From: Antedon mediterranea
Lineage: Eukaryota > Animalia > Echinodermata
DNA length: 64,000 nt
Assembly (NCBI RefSeq): GCF_964355755.1
Contig: NC_092676.1
Location: 23,454,871 to 23,518,870, forward strand
Reading direction: 5' to 3'
Within the stretch, counting starts at the first letter, position 1. Every line of letters begins with the position of its first letter. Made by a program: the position numbers and the translations under genes. This document shows, piece after piece, positions 13,111 through 28,400 of this stretch. The notes beneath the pieces are model-generated. The model was given only the letters and a program-made list of their open reading frames with translations. It ran no database searches and was not told the DNA's origin.

Positions 13111-16100
13111 ATCTAAGTCATGTGCAATGAAATTACCAAGATAAACAAAGTACATGATACTCAGGCTATACCACGGGTAGCCGATCTTATGTCTTAGGGC
13201 ATAAATCGTTCATTCTCAATCACGAATACTGTAGTACTGACGCTGATATACATACTAAACTACTTCAATCAAGAACACACACAAGAAATAAAACAATATC
13301 GTTATGCTGCTAATTCGAACCAGGGAGTTGTTATTAGTCTAATAACAACTCCCTGTTCTAACCATATAGGCCTGGTATTTTGTTGTTGCAAAATATCATC
13401 ATTTTAAACGAAAACGTCCCATTGTCCAGAACCTAACACCAATTGTTTGTGATTCCGTCTGGATGAAAAATGATACATAGACCTATAGGCTATTCTGGGT
13501 TCCAGAGTTTAACTTAATATATTGGTACATATAGCGTTTAATACGTAAACTAATTCAGACAAACGTCGAAAAGCTTCAAAATAACTACAGACTTAGGGCA
13601 AGTCTACATACAGGCCTACGCTTAAAATTCTTAATAATTTGACATCAAAATGTTATGAGTTAAGTTAGCTATTAGTTATTAGCTACATCACCGTGTTTGT
13701 CCTTTAACAATGAAGCGTGATACTTAGACTCTAGATTATGTTTCAGTCCTGTGATAAAACCTATGTAAAGTGTGTTGTTGACATAACCTAATGCAAAAAC
13801 GTTTGTCATAATCGGCCTACTCTCGTTTTGATAACGGTGACGCTAATTGCGTTATCTAATCCTTTATGGAAGATCTGCTTAGGTTGTAACGTATATTAAA
13901 GCATATCTCATGGGTTTATTATGAATCTACTGTATACGACTATTCAATAAGATGACGTATTAATATCATAGTGTGTTTGATTATTCTTCGTCTATACATC
14001 GAATGCAAATACTATTAGCATATGATTAATTATTCATAATATTTTGTAATCAATCAAAAATTAAAATTGTACTGATTCGCTACATGCATATTAGTTATTA
14101 CATTACATTATTATCCCATTTTTCTTATAGTAGGCCTACAACCGTTTGAAATTAAAACACAAAAAATCACTGAGCAGTTCCGGTTGACCTGACCCCAAAG
14201 ATCATATCACTATTAGGCCTACGCCTTTTTTCACTTACGCCTCCCGAAGCTCTTTAATAATCAAAGAAATAAGATAAGTAAAACAATCAGAGAAGTTACC
14301 CTACTCTTCCCTCATTTCTTTCCTATAATTCAAGTCAATTTATATATGGTCAAATACATATATAACATAGCTTGACATTTTAGGTCTTCTTTGCCATTCC
14401 AATCCTTTATTTTCTTCATTTGCTTTTTAGGAATGTTGCCCCTCTTATTTTAATAATTTTTACTGTTAATTTTTATTTTCTATGAAAGACAAGAGAAATA
14501 AATGTTACTTTGATTGATTGATTGATTGATTGCCAAAAAAAGTAAAATGCTAAAACAGTGATTGTTGATATAATATTATAAAATGGTTAACATTTTAAAG
14601 GTACAGCATAACAAAAAGAGATTTAGATACGAATGCACAGTGATCAATAATTATTATAAACATGCTAACATTCTGACAAGGTAGTAAAAAACGGGGAAGA
14701 AATACTGAATACTGCATTTTATCCGCATGCACCACGTGACAATAAACGATATGATATGTAATATATTATATTTCTCACGGAATGTTTGCATTTGCATAAA
14801 TCATAAAACTGAATAAATTGAAAAGATAAGGTCTTTTTTTTACCAGAGAAAAAAAATCCTGAAAACCTGTTAAGGCAACAAATTTGTTAACGGTACACAC
14901 ACGTTAAAGTTAAAATTATTCATTGATTTTTTACTGCATAAAATATTAATATCTAGATATCATAAAACTGTGTTAATTTTCTGTTTGTACAAATTATTCA
15001 TATCTGTCTTGTGACAGGTAATTATATGAGGCGTCGGCGCTCCATATTTACGGTGTTATATTTAGAATGCTATCGATTGAATTGAAATGATTTAAAATGT
15101 TGGTGTTTGATTTTTACTGATTTATAGCTGTTTTTAAAAGCATTTTTTAGAGATATCGACTAAATCAAAATGTGTATATAATTGCAGGAACTAGGATGGA
15201 GAGTTTAACGAGTGCGCATGCGTTAGATGATTATCATTGTCATCATAATCAATTTCATCTTAAGGAAATTCATTATAAAATATTATTTTATTTTATGCAA
15301 TCAAAACAAATACTATAGCGATAATTACCGCCACTTACCGGTTACGATTTGGCCCATATAAAATAAATACGATAAATTCTGATTTTATTCTCATTAGCTA
15401 TGATACGTTAATGCATAGGCTACTAGGCCTATGATGAAACACTGCAATAATAATTAGTCGACTCAATATATAAATCATATAGTGATAGTGATGATGACAA
15501 TCATTAACAATAACATCATTAATTACTTTTACGTGTATATTGATAATACTATAGCTATTTATTTCTATAATCATGAAAATGTAGGGCCGAATCACAAAAT
15601 ATATTTATTACCGCACGAATAACACTAAGATAAGAAATCCTAAAAATATTATAATTTTCCGTCACCACACTTCAGTTTGTGTAGCTGTCCTTCTCTCAGT
15701 CAGCGAATACACTCGCTGTAATAAGATGAATCGTGACGTCATCTCATACTTGTCATTCCATTCAGCTGAGGTTGTCGAAATTTTTATCAATAATAAATTT
15801 CGAAGGAACGAATATTCTATTACAGACACTATATGTTATATGGTTTATGATAATATCTGCGAATTTTTTTTTTGACGCGACCGATACGTTTGTATAACAT
15901 ATTCAGTCTCTGCAATCTCTATGCCTAGCTCGTCTTAAAATTAACATGCTTGAAAATTACAATACACTTCGACAGATGGTTCGCTGTATAGTGTACGTTG
16001 AAATATATGATTATTTTCTGCACTCTGATAATCTCGCTACACGTAGAAAGTTTGGAAATTAACCGACTTAGACAATATTTACAGAGCTAAGACCCTCCAG

Positions 16101-16437
16101 GATGATGACTTTTAATTAATTAAAACAGTATTATTATCAGTTATACACGCGGTTGTCATTTTGAGATATTTGTCTATTTTTTGTCATCGAGCAAAGAGGT
16201 ATCTCAGTGGTATCTTCAACATTCATGTTAAAATATAACATGATCATCATCACCATAATTTCACGCTGAGTTCGTTGCTACGGATACCTGGACTGTGCCT
16301 CTAATCAACGGGGTCATACCTACGAGAAAGAATCGACTGCAATCGTGAGAGGACGATATTACCACGGAAGATTTTTTTTTAGTCACTGAAAGGGAATTTA
16401 CTAGAAGCTGTGTTTGGTGGACGTTGTAGTTAACGCG

Positions 16438-19400
16438 ATGGCGGAGGATGAGATTTATTTGAATTCGCCGAAGGTGCCTTGTGAGGATTGGGATAAACAA
16501 AATTCCCTATTTCATTTAGGATGTTTTTGCCTTACTATAGGTTACTTGACTACCCCGAACATAGGAATTGCCAGGGCTTTATGGCTTCGCTGTTGCCTAG
16601 TTATCGGTTTGTTCTTCCACGTTTTATGGGCAGGCCTGGTGCTATGTTGGTCCGACCTTTTTGCTTGGAGCTTAGTTTCGTTCGTTATAAACATTCTGCA
16701 ATTGACCTATTTGATTTTTATAACGAGGCCTATAAAACTAGATGAAGATATAATGGAACTACATGAAAAGTTCTTTAAACCGTTTCATATTTCGATTCAA
16801 AAATATAAACGGATGTTAGATCACTATGGTGAACTTTGCGAAATAGATGCTACTGGTCATTATGCACTTGAAGGTAAAACAAAAGCTGGGAACAAACTTG
16901 CAATTCTATCATCTGGCAGGTAAGAATCAACTAGAGTAAGAACCCCTCGATTATGGGGGCACCCTATTATAAAGGGGGAACCTCTATTAAGGGGCGGGGG
17001 AACCTCTATTAAGGTGGAACCTCTATTATGGGGGCACACCTATTAAGGCGGAACCTGTATTATGGGGGCACACCTATTAAGGGGAACCTGTATTATGGGG
17101 GCACCCCTATTAGTGGGGGGGGGGGGGCACCCTATTAAATGGACACCTTTATTAAAGGGATACCCATACTAAGGAGTCACTTTCCCATGAAACGAACAAG
17201 GGGAATATATGATTTATGTATATACACTTTTCGTACATTTTTCAGCCGATTCTTGAAACTCTATCTGTCAAGATCATACTATAAGCAAAAGTGCCATATC
17301 AGTGAATCTTATCATCGGCCACATAAGCCTAACAACCTACAGGCTCCATGTATTACATAATTTGACAATGATATCCATGCCATGGAGATAAAATACAACA
17401 ATCTGGTGCATTTTTGTACAAATTTATTTTTATTATTTATAATTATTATTATTTTTTTTATTAAAAATATTTTAATTTCTGGTATTGGTAAGGTAATTTA
17501 AATTAATTAAAAATACAACAAGTATGATTGATTATGGATGCATCCGCTATCTATTCATTTTGGCCTAATAATCATCGATTGTTCTTATATTCATTATTCA
17601 TTATTTCAATCGTTTCAATGCCCACATATAATTTCCATAAATTAATTTTGGTGTCTATTGGTCACGTATTTTTTAAACAGTTGGTAGAATTTTGCCATAT
17701 TTCCTAAATTTAACATCATAATTTATATAGTTAATACTATTATAATATTACGCGCTGCACAGATAATATCTCACAAAGACTAACGTAAATAACACATTTT
17801 CCATAAGTTGCAATTCATCAACTTTACGCCGGTGTTTGACTGTGATGTTACAATTATTTATGCATTATACATTACGCCGATAAGATGAACTTATTTTAAC
17901 ATTTATTAATAGATTACAAATAGGCCTAGCTGAGAGCTGTGTGTGAAATGAATGACTGTTTAATAATTGAGCACGGCTTCGTTTTATACCGATATTGCGC
18001 GTCCAGAATCATCATCGCGCGATCAATCAAAATATTGTTTGGTCAATAGACTCAATTAGTAGATAAATTCCTCGGTACAGTTCGTCACATAGTCATTAAT
18101 CTACCGGAGAGCAGAACTTGTTAAGTGCACCAGTCATCAATCAGACGACAAAATGCTTCCATCCGATGAAATGTTGATATTATTAGGATTTCTTTCTGTT
18201 ATGTTCTGTCTAATATTCGCTTAATGACAACAGCGCGTGCGTTTGTTGATGAGAAAAAATAGTTTTGTATTATGAGGTTATATACTTAAATATTTCTTGT
18301 TTGAATGTCATCATTTTTACAATTGATATTTAAAAATACCATTGGTATATTGTTATAATCGATTTATTTGTATATGAACTCAAAAAGAAAATATTTGTCG
18401 TTGATGGCGCATGATTGATTACAAATTGAGGTAATGCATGTATTGTTCATGTTGACGTTGTGCTCAAATGCACTGATGTCATTAACATGTTACTTACATT
18501 ACAGTATATCAATAACATACTGTACATACGAATTATCGTAATGAAAGCAAATCAGCTACCAACGATTTACTTTACCATCATTACAATAACATTAGTATCC
18601 TCATCATGATATAATCTCTTTCATCATTGCCACTGACAACAGAAAGTTGACGCGTGCGTAGTATGCGCACAATACGTGCGCGTACTAAAGCCACACCGTT
18701 GTCAGCATTTGAACGCGCACAACACTATTTGTAAGCATTTAAACGCGCGCGTCAATTTTCATTATCAGCATTTGAACGCGCGCGTCAATTTTCATTATCA
18801 GCATTTGAACGCGCGCGTCAAATGTTGTGTCCCTTTGTAGTGTAATCGCAAACGTACACACATTATTGTATTTATCAGAATAATAATTTTACTATTAGGC
18901 TTACAATGTAAATACCGGTACTAATTAAAATATGACTTTCAGCAAGTCCGTTCATTAAAAAAAAGTTAAAATAACGTGAATAATTTTGCATACATAATTC
19001 ACGTTGTACTGAAGCGATTACTCGTTTGACAGTTCGGAGGTCTAACTTTAAAAAAAAAGTTTAACTGAAAATTATACCTCTGTGACGCGGCTACACTAAC
19101 GTCATCTTGCAGAATTATTAATTAGTATTGAGAAACCCAGGAATATCATAACATGAATTAGATTGGATTATAAAATAGAAGTAATTGGCTTAATACTTAA
19201 ATGACCTACAAAGGCACGACATGAATACATGAGAAGGTAATATTAAAGGCTTATGTGGCCTTTCTGGGCTATGACACGATTTGAACCCCCATCCTGAATA
19301 AATAAGCACGACTATAACAACACTGAAGGCTTGGACATTGAACCCACATCCCTGGGATAGATAAACACCCCACGTCCATCCTAAAACTGCACCATTAACG

Positions 19401-22400
19401 GTTAACATTAACAAAAAACAATATTTTGAAGAGCTAAAACACTAGTTTATTTTTTCGTTTGATTGGCCTAGAATCCCGTAAAAACCTATTCATTATTGTA
19501 GCATAGCTGTTTTATTATTATTTAATTCAGAATTTAACTCTTGTAATTCAAATTTAGGCCAATCTACCAAATCATATAAATGTATAAAAAGGCATGTCCT
19601 ACTATTATCTCTCTGTAACAACTCAGTGAAGGCCTACTAGTCTAGTATTTATTTATATGGAAACTTAAACATATCTCTCTGTAATTCAGTGTAGGCCTAC
19701 CAGTCTAGTATTTATTTATAAGGAAAATTCAAATATTTGCCTCCGGAGCCCGAGAGAACCTGACTTCACTATTTTAGTCAAGAGCGTACTTAATGTTCTG
19801 AGCCATTATTGGGTAGTGTTTTCACAGCAAACAATGTTAGATCACGACATGTGTTAAAGAGTAGGCATACAAATGGTGTTTGTTGATATCGCAGCTAACA
19901 CAATATTTTCAAACTACTTAAATCGACTGTCATCTTTTTCATACGTAATGGCTTTCTCTGACTAATTTTGGTTACATTATATTCAATCATTTGCAGTTAT
20001 TTAGTATGTAACTTATTGTAAGCGATTTGTATGATAGAAATTGTCATCTTATAACATTACGTCACATGCCAAAAGCCATGCATTAAAGTATTAGATTTAA
20101 TATCTCGGCTTTAATGTCAAATTGAAAGTTAATTTTACATACTTATGGAAGGCAACTATCGTCATAAAACAAATTGGTTATACAAGATTGAATTTAAAAA
20201 TTTCAAATGTAAAATCATGTCTTTAACTTTTATAAATATCAATGATATATGTACCTATGCTGGCACGTCATCCTAATGTGTATTACGATGATGGCCTTTC
20301 ATATGTAAGACTTGGATTTAATTTGACAGAAATTGTTTAGCATAATCAATAAATTATTGTGATTAAAAACAATTTAAAATGCGTTTGTTGAACTAATGAA
20401 TAATTATTATAAGTAAATGAATGAAAAGTAAGAACGAAATCTTAGTTTCATTTTTTATAAATATCCGTAAAAAACTACGAAGTAAGAATGAACACATCAC
20501 ACTATACGTAATACACTTTTATAAACGTTATTACTGGAAAGATACCCACTCTATTTTGATACCCTTGTGTATGGAAAAGTTGCGAAAATATCAACTACAG
20601 TTTGCCGCCATTTTGGATCCAAGATGGCGGATAATTTTTAAATGTAGTCTAAACCTTCCCAGTGATTGATTTGATTGATTGTTACTCGGTGTTTCACACG
20701 TCAGATAAATCCTATTTAATCCGGATGCAATCGGATAAAACAAAACAATCCTAATACTCCAATGTAAGAATTAGCAGTTAATGCAAATCAACTAAAAATT
20801 GAAAAACTATAAATTGTCAACGGATCGCGTACGTGCACACAAATAAGATTTTAAGCGGTTCATAATTTCTATCAGAATGTGAATTAATCGACATTCGATG
20901 GCTCAAAAACCGTAAAAATTGAATGCAATGAATAAATGCATTTTGCATTCAGTACACTGTGTAGCCTTCTAAAAAGATAAAGTTACAACTGTAAACATCA
21001 TGTGAGGCGCATACGTAAATACGGGGCGCCATTCGGGACATTACTAATGTGGGTAATTATATATTTCGGGCAGGGCATCAATAATTTTGTACAGACTATA
21101 CCGTAATAAATATAAAACCGTAAATAAAAATACTGTTAAGTGTTATATTTTTCTGTATTGCGTGTGTAATTTAAGCATCAAGGAAAAACAAATTTCATGT
21201 TTGCCTTGTTGTGGTCATGACAATTCAGTTTATCTTATCTTATCTTACATATAATAGAATTACGTCTATGGAGTACTCCATGTTCTATACTATACGACGT
21301 ATTATTTTGAATAATTCGCAATGCTCCAAACTGCGCCCCGTACGTAAAGGCCTAGTTTTGAAACAACAAATCCAGACTTTTAAACACGTGGATAACTATA
21401 GTAGGCTATCATTTTAATTTTATCACAGGATACTAATATTAGATAGCTTTAGGGGACAATTGCTATTATGAATATATACAAATATCGGTTTCCCGGATGT
21501 TATATAATATAACTAAAGGATTTCTATATAATTATTTAAATTGGGTATTTAACCAGATTGAACAAATTGGACAATTAATAAATAGAATGAATACATATTT
21601 TAGATTATAACACGGTCCCTTATTAGATTGCTAATTATTCTAATTCTTAATATGTTGAAATTTTGATAAATGTACAGACATATCTTATTATCAATGTACC
21701 CTTCTATCCGTATTCTCAACATACATCGGGTGTCATGTTTCTGACGAACAATTTATTCATATAATATTGAAATGCAAATTGATATTCATTGAAAAAGACA
21801 CAGAGACAGTGACAGAGTCACACGGAGAATTGAACCAACCCCTGCGTTTATACATGTAGCTTTTGGCCAATAATACCATTAATGCTCATTAGGTTAACCC
21901 TATAATGTCTGAGCTTTTTATAGAACTAGAGCACATGAACAAATTATGATACTTTCAAGTACTGTATTATGAATTTGTTTTTAAAGTTGTTTATGCTTAC
22001 TATCTTGTATAAATTAGCATGGTCGTTTTCAATACGGATAATAATGCCAGCCGATTTTTGTACTGCGTCATGTTTAAACCTCTGTCTACACTATCAAACT
22101 AGTTTGACAACAAAATTGTGATGTGCCTAAATATGGTAGTGATATACCCAAACATGGCAGTGATATGACATCATGTCCATATATGAGCACATCACATTTT
22201 TTTGTCACATACAATTTGATAGTGTAGACAGAGCTTAACAACAAAAAACTGTGGCGTCGTTTCATGACAGAAAAAAAAGTTAAATGAGAAAAAATAGTTA
22301 TTTAAAACACTTTGACACAACTTAACAAATCAAATTAACCTTGTCTCACAGGCTGGCATTTTGCACACCATATCCAGGACGTTGCTATATCCACCAGGCC

Positions 22401-25400
22401 TACTGACCTGCAATGTTAACGCTTGCAGCGCAAGTTAATTGACCAATCACACGCGATGGATTATTCGAACTGTCGCTTGTCATTGGTCAAATTTACGTTT
22501 GAAATAGGAATATTATATATAGTGTCGAAGTGACTTAGTATTGTCGAAGAATATAACTATAAGCACCTATAAGCAGTTACAGCACTTAACTCATCAAAAT
22601 TGTAAAAAAAAAATAAACGCGTTCATTGACTCTTTTAAAGAGACTTTAAAAAAAAATGTTATAATCATCTGCGGCGCCATGTTCCATGAAGTGTCGATTA
22701 GTTACTCAGGTCTCGAATCGGAATGCGTCGCATTAGTTTACAATGAGTAATGTTTAATATAAATGATAATTAATATTCCATAATTACATTTGTTAAAATA
22801 ATTGCATATTCAATGTGCCACAATTAAACTTTAATAATGGTTTGTTTAGCTTTTTAACGAGCTAGCGTTTTACTTTTCACGCAAATTTCTTTGCAAATTC
22901 TTGTTCTTTATTTATTAAGTGATGGGGATTGGCTTAAGCTCTGTTTACACTATCAGAAAATTGCCCAAATATGGCAGTGATATGCCCAAATATAGTAGTG
23001 ACATCATCATGTCCATATATGGGCACATCACATTTTGTTGTCACATAAAGTTTGATAGTGTTAGACAGAGCTTTAGGATAAAGCTGACATAGCCTGTTAG
23101 GTTGGGTTACATTATAAGCCTATTATTCTCATGATAGTGTTCAACACAATCTCAGGGTAGGCTAACAAATCAGTATCGGTAGTCATCTACCCAGATGAAA
23201 TTAGCATGGGCTTCAATAAAGTGTGACGTGTGCCCAAATATGGTAGTGATATGACGTCATCGTGTCCATATGAGCACATCGCATTGTTTTGTCACATAAT
23301 AATAGTGTAGACAGAGCTTAAGACCAGGAGTTCATGTTCTATGCAGGCTGCAAGAAAGCAACGAAAGTTACAATATTATAGTCCATATACATGATAGGCA
23401 GTTACTATAGCACCGCGTGTAAATATTCGTGAAACTCGCAAGGATCCGTTAATTGCATGAAGCATAATGGCCATAAGTGTAAAAGGTCTACTCGCGAAGC
23501 TCTTGAATTTTTACGCGAGTATTCCGAGTGCCGATATATAGTAGTAAAGTGTACAACAATACCCTAGGCACATTGCGTTTATTACAATTGAGAAATTAAA
23601 GATGTATTGTCCCTTTGACTAATTCCAAAAAAAAATAAAAAATAATAGATTTCGAAAAAAGGTGGGTCATTTAGAAGTATCATAATAATTATTAACTATC
23701 ACCAAAAAATTTTCGGAAAAAAAAAATTAACTGAAATACAGACGTTTTTTTGGTAAAAAAATAACTTTGACTTCCAGTCAAAGTTTTCAATCAAAATATA
23801 TCCCATAATGAAACGCGCTTGTTTGGCTACTCTGTATGCATAATCATAAAACTTCCTCATGATCTGTGTGAAAATACCTTCTTAACCGTGACGAGTTGTA
23901 AACAATCCTAATTTAGCATATGCATAATGCGTACTCCTGGTTTGAAATCTTTGTTTACTTTCGCTCGTGACGATTTTCCAGATGAAATGTCATCAAACTA
24001 ATTTACCTGTTAATTACGTAAACTTGTTGTTTTTGGCTCAAATTTTCGACTTAAAGTGAATAACTTTAATATTACTTTGATATGGCCACTTTAAATTTAG
24101 AATATTTTGACCTTCATTTTTTTGTGTTTCAAGGGACAATACATCTTTAACTAAATGTAATGGTTTTGTATGAATAATGTCATGCCAGCATTGTATACTG
24201 TTATAAGTATACAATTTATCACTCTGTCTTCATAAACTTACACTGGATTTTGGCTTCGATATTTCGAAAACCATTAAATAAATCATGGCAGTCAGGCAGC
24301 AAATTAAACATGACCAATAAAGACGTTAATGAAGATCCCTTAAGCATAGTATGAGATATGCAAAAGCCATGTTGTATATAAAACTGGAAAACATTATAAC
24401 TTAAACACAGATTAAATTAGATAGTGACATTTCACGGGCTACAAATATCCAGTCCACGGGTTCTGTGCATTTACTCCGGCAATGAAATGTCTGCTGAAAT
24501 GACTTTCTCGTTTGTTCTATATTTTGGTATTTCATTATTAGAAGTGGCTTTATAACATACAAATGCATAGATTCAGTTAGGAAAGTTAAATAAGAAAGTT
24601 ACCCTGAAGTAAGCATAATGGGTAAATAAACTCTCGCTTGCAGAAACCGTTAATGTGTATATATTATATAGACATGTATAGGTCTTCTTAATTATAAAAC
24701 GGAATGAGAGATACTGAAACTACGCATGCGCGCGACTGGAATAAATTTCGATAATGATGAGAGAAACTAAGAGTAACAACATGAATCTCCACTCCATTTT
24801 CAACTCTCCTTTGATATACAGTCGCCAACAATTTCATCACCTAACTTTTTTTTTGTATGTTGTTCAAGTCAATTCTACCCGATATGAACCTACTGACAGA
24901 GATAACGTTTATTAAAAGTGTTTAATACAGATATACTCGTTTCTAGATGACTTGCAATAGTCAGTTGGGCCCTATATAGTGACAGCTGCAGGGATTGCAG
25001 TAGAACCCCTCCTCAGTGGACATCCCTATTAAATACCGTAAACATGAAACGAATGGGGGAAATGTAATTATGTTTAACACTTACGGTCAACGTTTGAACA
25101 GAACTATACTTCTCATTTTGTACAACCGAGAGCAACATAGGCGGCGCTGTTCGCGAAAAGGACTAACTGGGTATGTCGCGATATCCTCGGATACGTGTCA
25201 CACGCGTAAAAAAAACAATACAAACCATCCCGTCTCAAATAGATTCCGTTGTCAGTAGGCTATTCATATAAATAATTCATTTCGGAGTTCAGAAGGTGAA
25301 CACGTTAAATAAAAATCAATATTTCATTTATTGTCTGCAATAATATTCATAATTGAATTGAAATTAAAAAACATTATGTCATTTTATACATTATTTATAA

Positions 25401-28400
25401 TGCTTTATCTGCTAATTATTTTTATGCAATAAAGTTTCTCGCCGACGATCTCTCGGCCTACATTGAAGGATTAACGAAAACATTAAGTACGCAGTATTAA
25501 TAACGCCGCAATTAGAGCCGTTCTCGACAATTCTATAAATCGTTCTATTTCCAGATAGCATTGAATAACTTAAAAAAACATCAACCTATCCTTTTGTAAA
25601 AATCATCAAATTGGCATAATGTGTAGACTAATTAAATTCGGTTGTAACATTAATCTCAACTCATTAAAACACCCACACATAATCACATGATAGTGCATGT
25701 TAATGATATATTCAACATTTGCAGTATTTTTTTGTTTGAAAGAACCATAGATTCAATAATATTTTTACTTCAAAATGTATTGTTTTTAGATCCTTTGGTT
25801 CAATTGTTAACGATTTAATCTAAACAATATAGGCCCCTAATTCGTTATTTCGTTTAATTCGAAATTAAAGATGTATTGTCCGCCTTTTTTAAATACCATT
25901 TTAATGTCACATAATACCGTAGTTATCCACTACTGTATGACCAAAAATTGATTTAGGCCTACCTGAAAAAACTGAAATTTAAAGCAAAAAATGGTCAAAT
26001 TGGCTGCCATTTTTTTTGGTTAAATTTAACCATTTATTGTGTTATATTATAAGTGAAAACATAAACTATTCAAAATCTGATTTAATTAATCTTCATTTTT
26101 CATGTTTTTGAGGGACAATACATATGTAAGCGGAATTCGGCAGTGTGTTGCGTCGCTAATCTCGTTTGAACAATCATATTAGTATAGTTATAGAAAAAAC
26201 AATCGAATTCAATCACATTCAACTTTATACTTTTCTTAATATGTTCTCATTTATCTGCAATTTCAACTCTATGTCTTCTTTTAGGTGTACTTTAGCCTAC
26301 AGTGCATTCTTGAAATCTCAAGCGCGGTCAATGCAGCAGGGTGAACCATGTTGGCAGGTGAAGGCCTGTCATGTCTTGTAACTCAACACTGATATATCGA
26401 TACTTATCCATGTATCTGTCAAGAGTTACATATGTAAATTCGACAAAAAAATTTGGTTCTGGACATGAGAATGTTCATTATCATTATCGTATTGACTGAA
26501 AATTGCTATCATAATGCTTGGCTCTTTTGTTTTGTGCTCAGATACCGTAGTTAAATTACGATATACACAGCATTAAAAAATGACGTATACCCTAGTTTAC
26601 ACACGCACGTCATTATTCAGTGCCTGTATACACGTCACTATCCCATTCAGTGATGTAATTTTATCATTATCGTATTACTGACAATTGCTATCATGATGCT
26701 TGGCTCTTAAAAGTGTTGTGCTCAGATACCGTAGTTTTTCACGCTGCTGCTCTAGCCTGCTACGTCCCATTAGGACTACTCAATCAGAAGCTAAAGCAAG
26801 CAGCAGTTATAGTTCTAAGGACGACATTTTTTAGAAAATGGAAACTCCACTATAATTTATAGATATCCAGCTGCTAGACCCAAAAACGTCTGGGAAAAGA
26901 GTCTATTAGGACATGCTAAAAGTACAACTCCCAAAGCATTTCTGGTATTTATGAGTTCCATTTGACTGTAATACTGACTTTTGACTGTAAATTCACTGTC
27001 AGATATTCATTGAATTATTATCAAAACAGTCCATTAAAGTTTGTGTTTGTAATAGGATACTTCAAACTTGAAATATCTAGGGTGATGAAGTGACCCCCAG
27101 ACTTCACCTTAGCAATACAATTAACTAAAGTGACAGAAATGGAGTATTCACTTCTAACAAAAAAATAATATTTATTCACATATAAAAAGAGAAAAGAAAC
27201 CCCAAAACCATTGTCTGACAGACAATTTAAGTATTTGTTGCTTTAAATTACATTTTCAGGTAAAAACTATTAGGCCTATGTGACAATAAAACGACACATT
27301 CAAAAACATTTGAAATAAAAAATATTTTTCAATAAGCGAGCAGCGTTTTTTGTAGGAAATATTTCTTGTTTAAATTACGATATTATACAGTATTAAAAAT
27401 GACGTATAGTTTACACACGCACGTCATTATTCAGTGCATGTATACACATCACTATCCCATTCGGTAACGTGTCGATACCAATACGTTTAGAGTCGACCGT
27501 CGACCCGTCGTTACTAGGGTCACACCCACTCCGGTCACAAAGATGGGTCATGACATTTTTTTTTTAAATAAAAGTACAGTTAGGCCTAAATTTGATTCGC
27601 TACGGTAGCAATTTAAAATAAAAACCTAAAATATTTGTGTTTAAAATATCCAATACATGATCCTATAAACTATATCTGAATAGGTCGACTAGCAAGTTTC
27701 TCCATTTATACGATGTCGCATTTGCATAGACCTATTATCTATTTTATATGTCTGCTAATGACAATCAATAAATGATATTCCTGCTTGAATACATAATTAG
27801 TGCTCGCAGCATAAGATGGTATGCTACGCATGTCATTATCCACTTCTAAATCTTTAGGCTGTCTCTGGGCGCACATGATTCAGAGACCATACAACCGATA
27901 TGAGATCAAACGTGTCCAAATAATTATGTAGATATGATAATTTCTTTCCACAGAGATTGTATTATGCATATGAAATATTAAATTGTATGAAATTGATAAT
28001 TACAATTCGAAAAAGCAATTAGTGTAAGACAAATCAGTAAGCCATGATGTGAAGAAATGATTTCCAAATATGGAAAGCTTTTTTTGGTGCGGTTCTCTCT
28101 TGCTGGGCAGACAACCAGGTGCTATGGCTCGAATAGCAGACGAAAACAAGCATGGAACACTTTAAAACACAAAAAGTACAAGAGAACGCCATGTGTGCAC
28201 CTCGTTGTTACAGCATCCAAGTAGATATTGTGTTAACAGCAGTAATGTAAACCCATTGAGAGCGGCCAGTCATTACACTAATTTAGCTTGTTAAGCACTC
28301 TCGAGGCTATATTTTGTAAAACACCAAACATTAATTAATCGATAAAACGAATAATGAATTCAGCTGTTGGGTACTCATGTCATTTAATAGGATTAAGCTG

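Noticed and set aside
16414-16437. GTG start for the BVES-like gene
   Set aside because: This is a eukaryotic gene; the first in-frame ATG at 16438 has a good context (gcgATGg).
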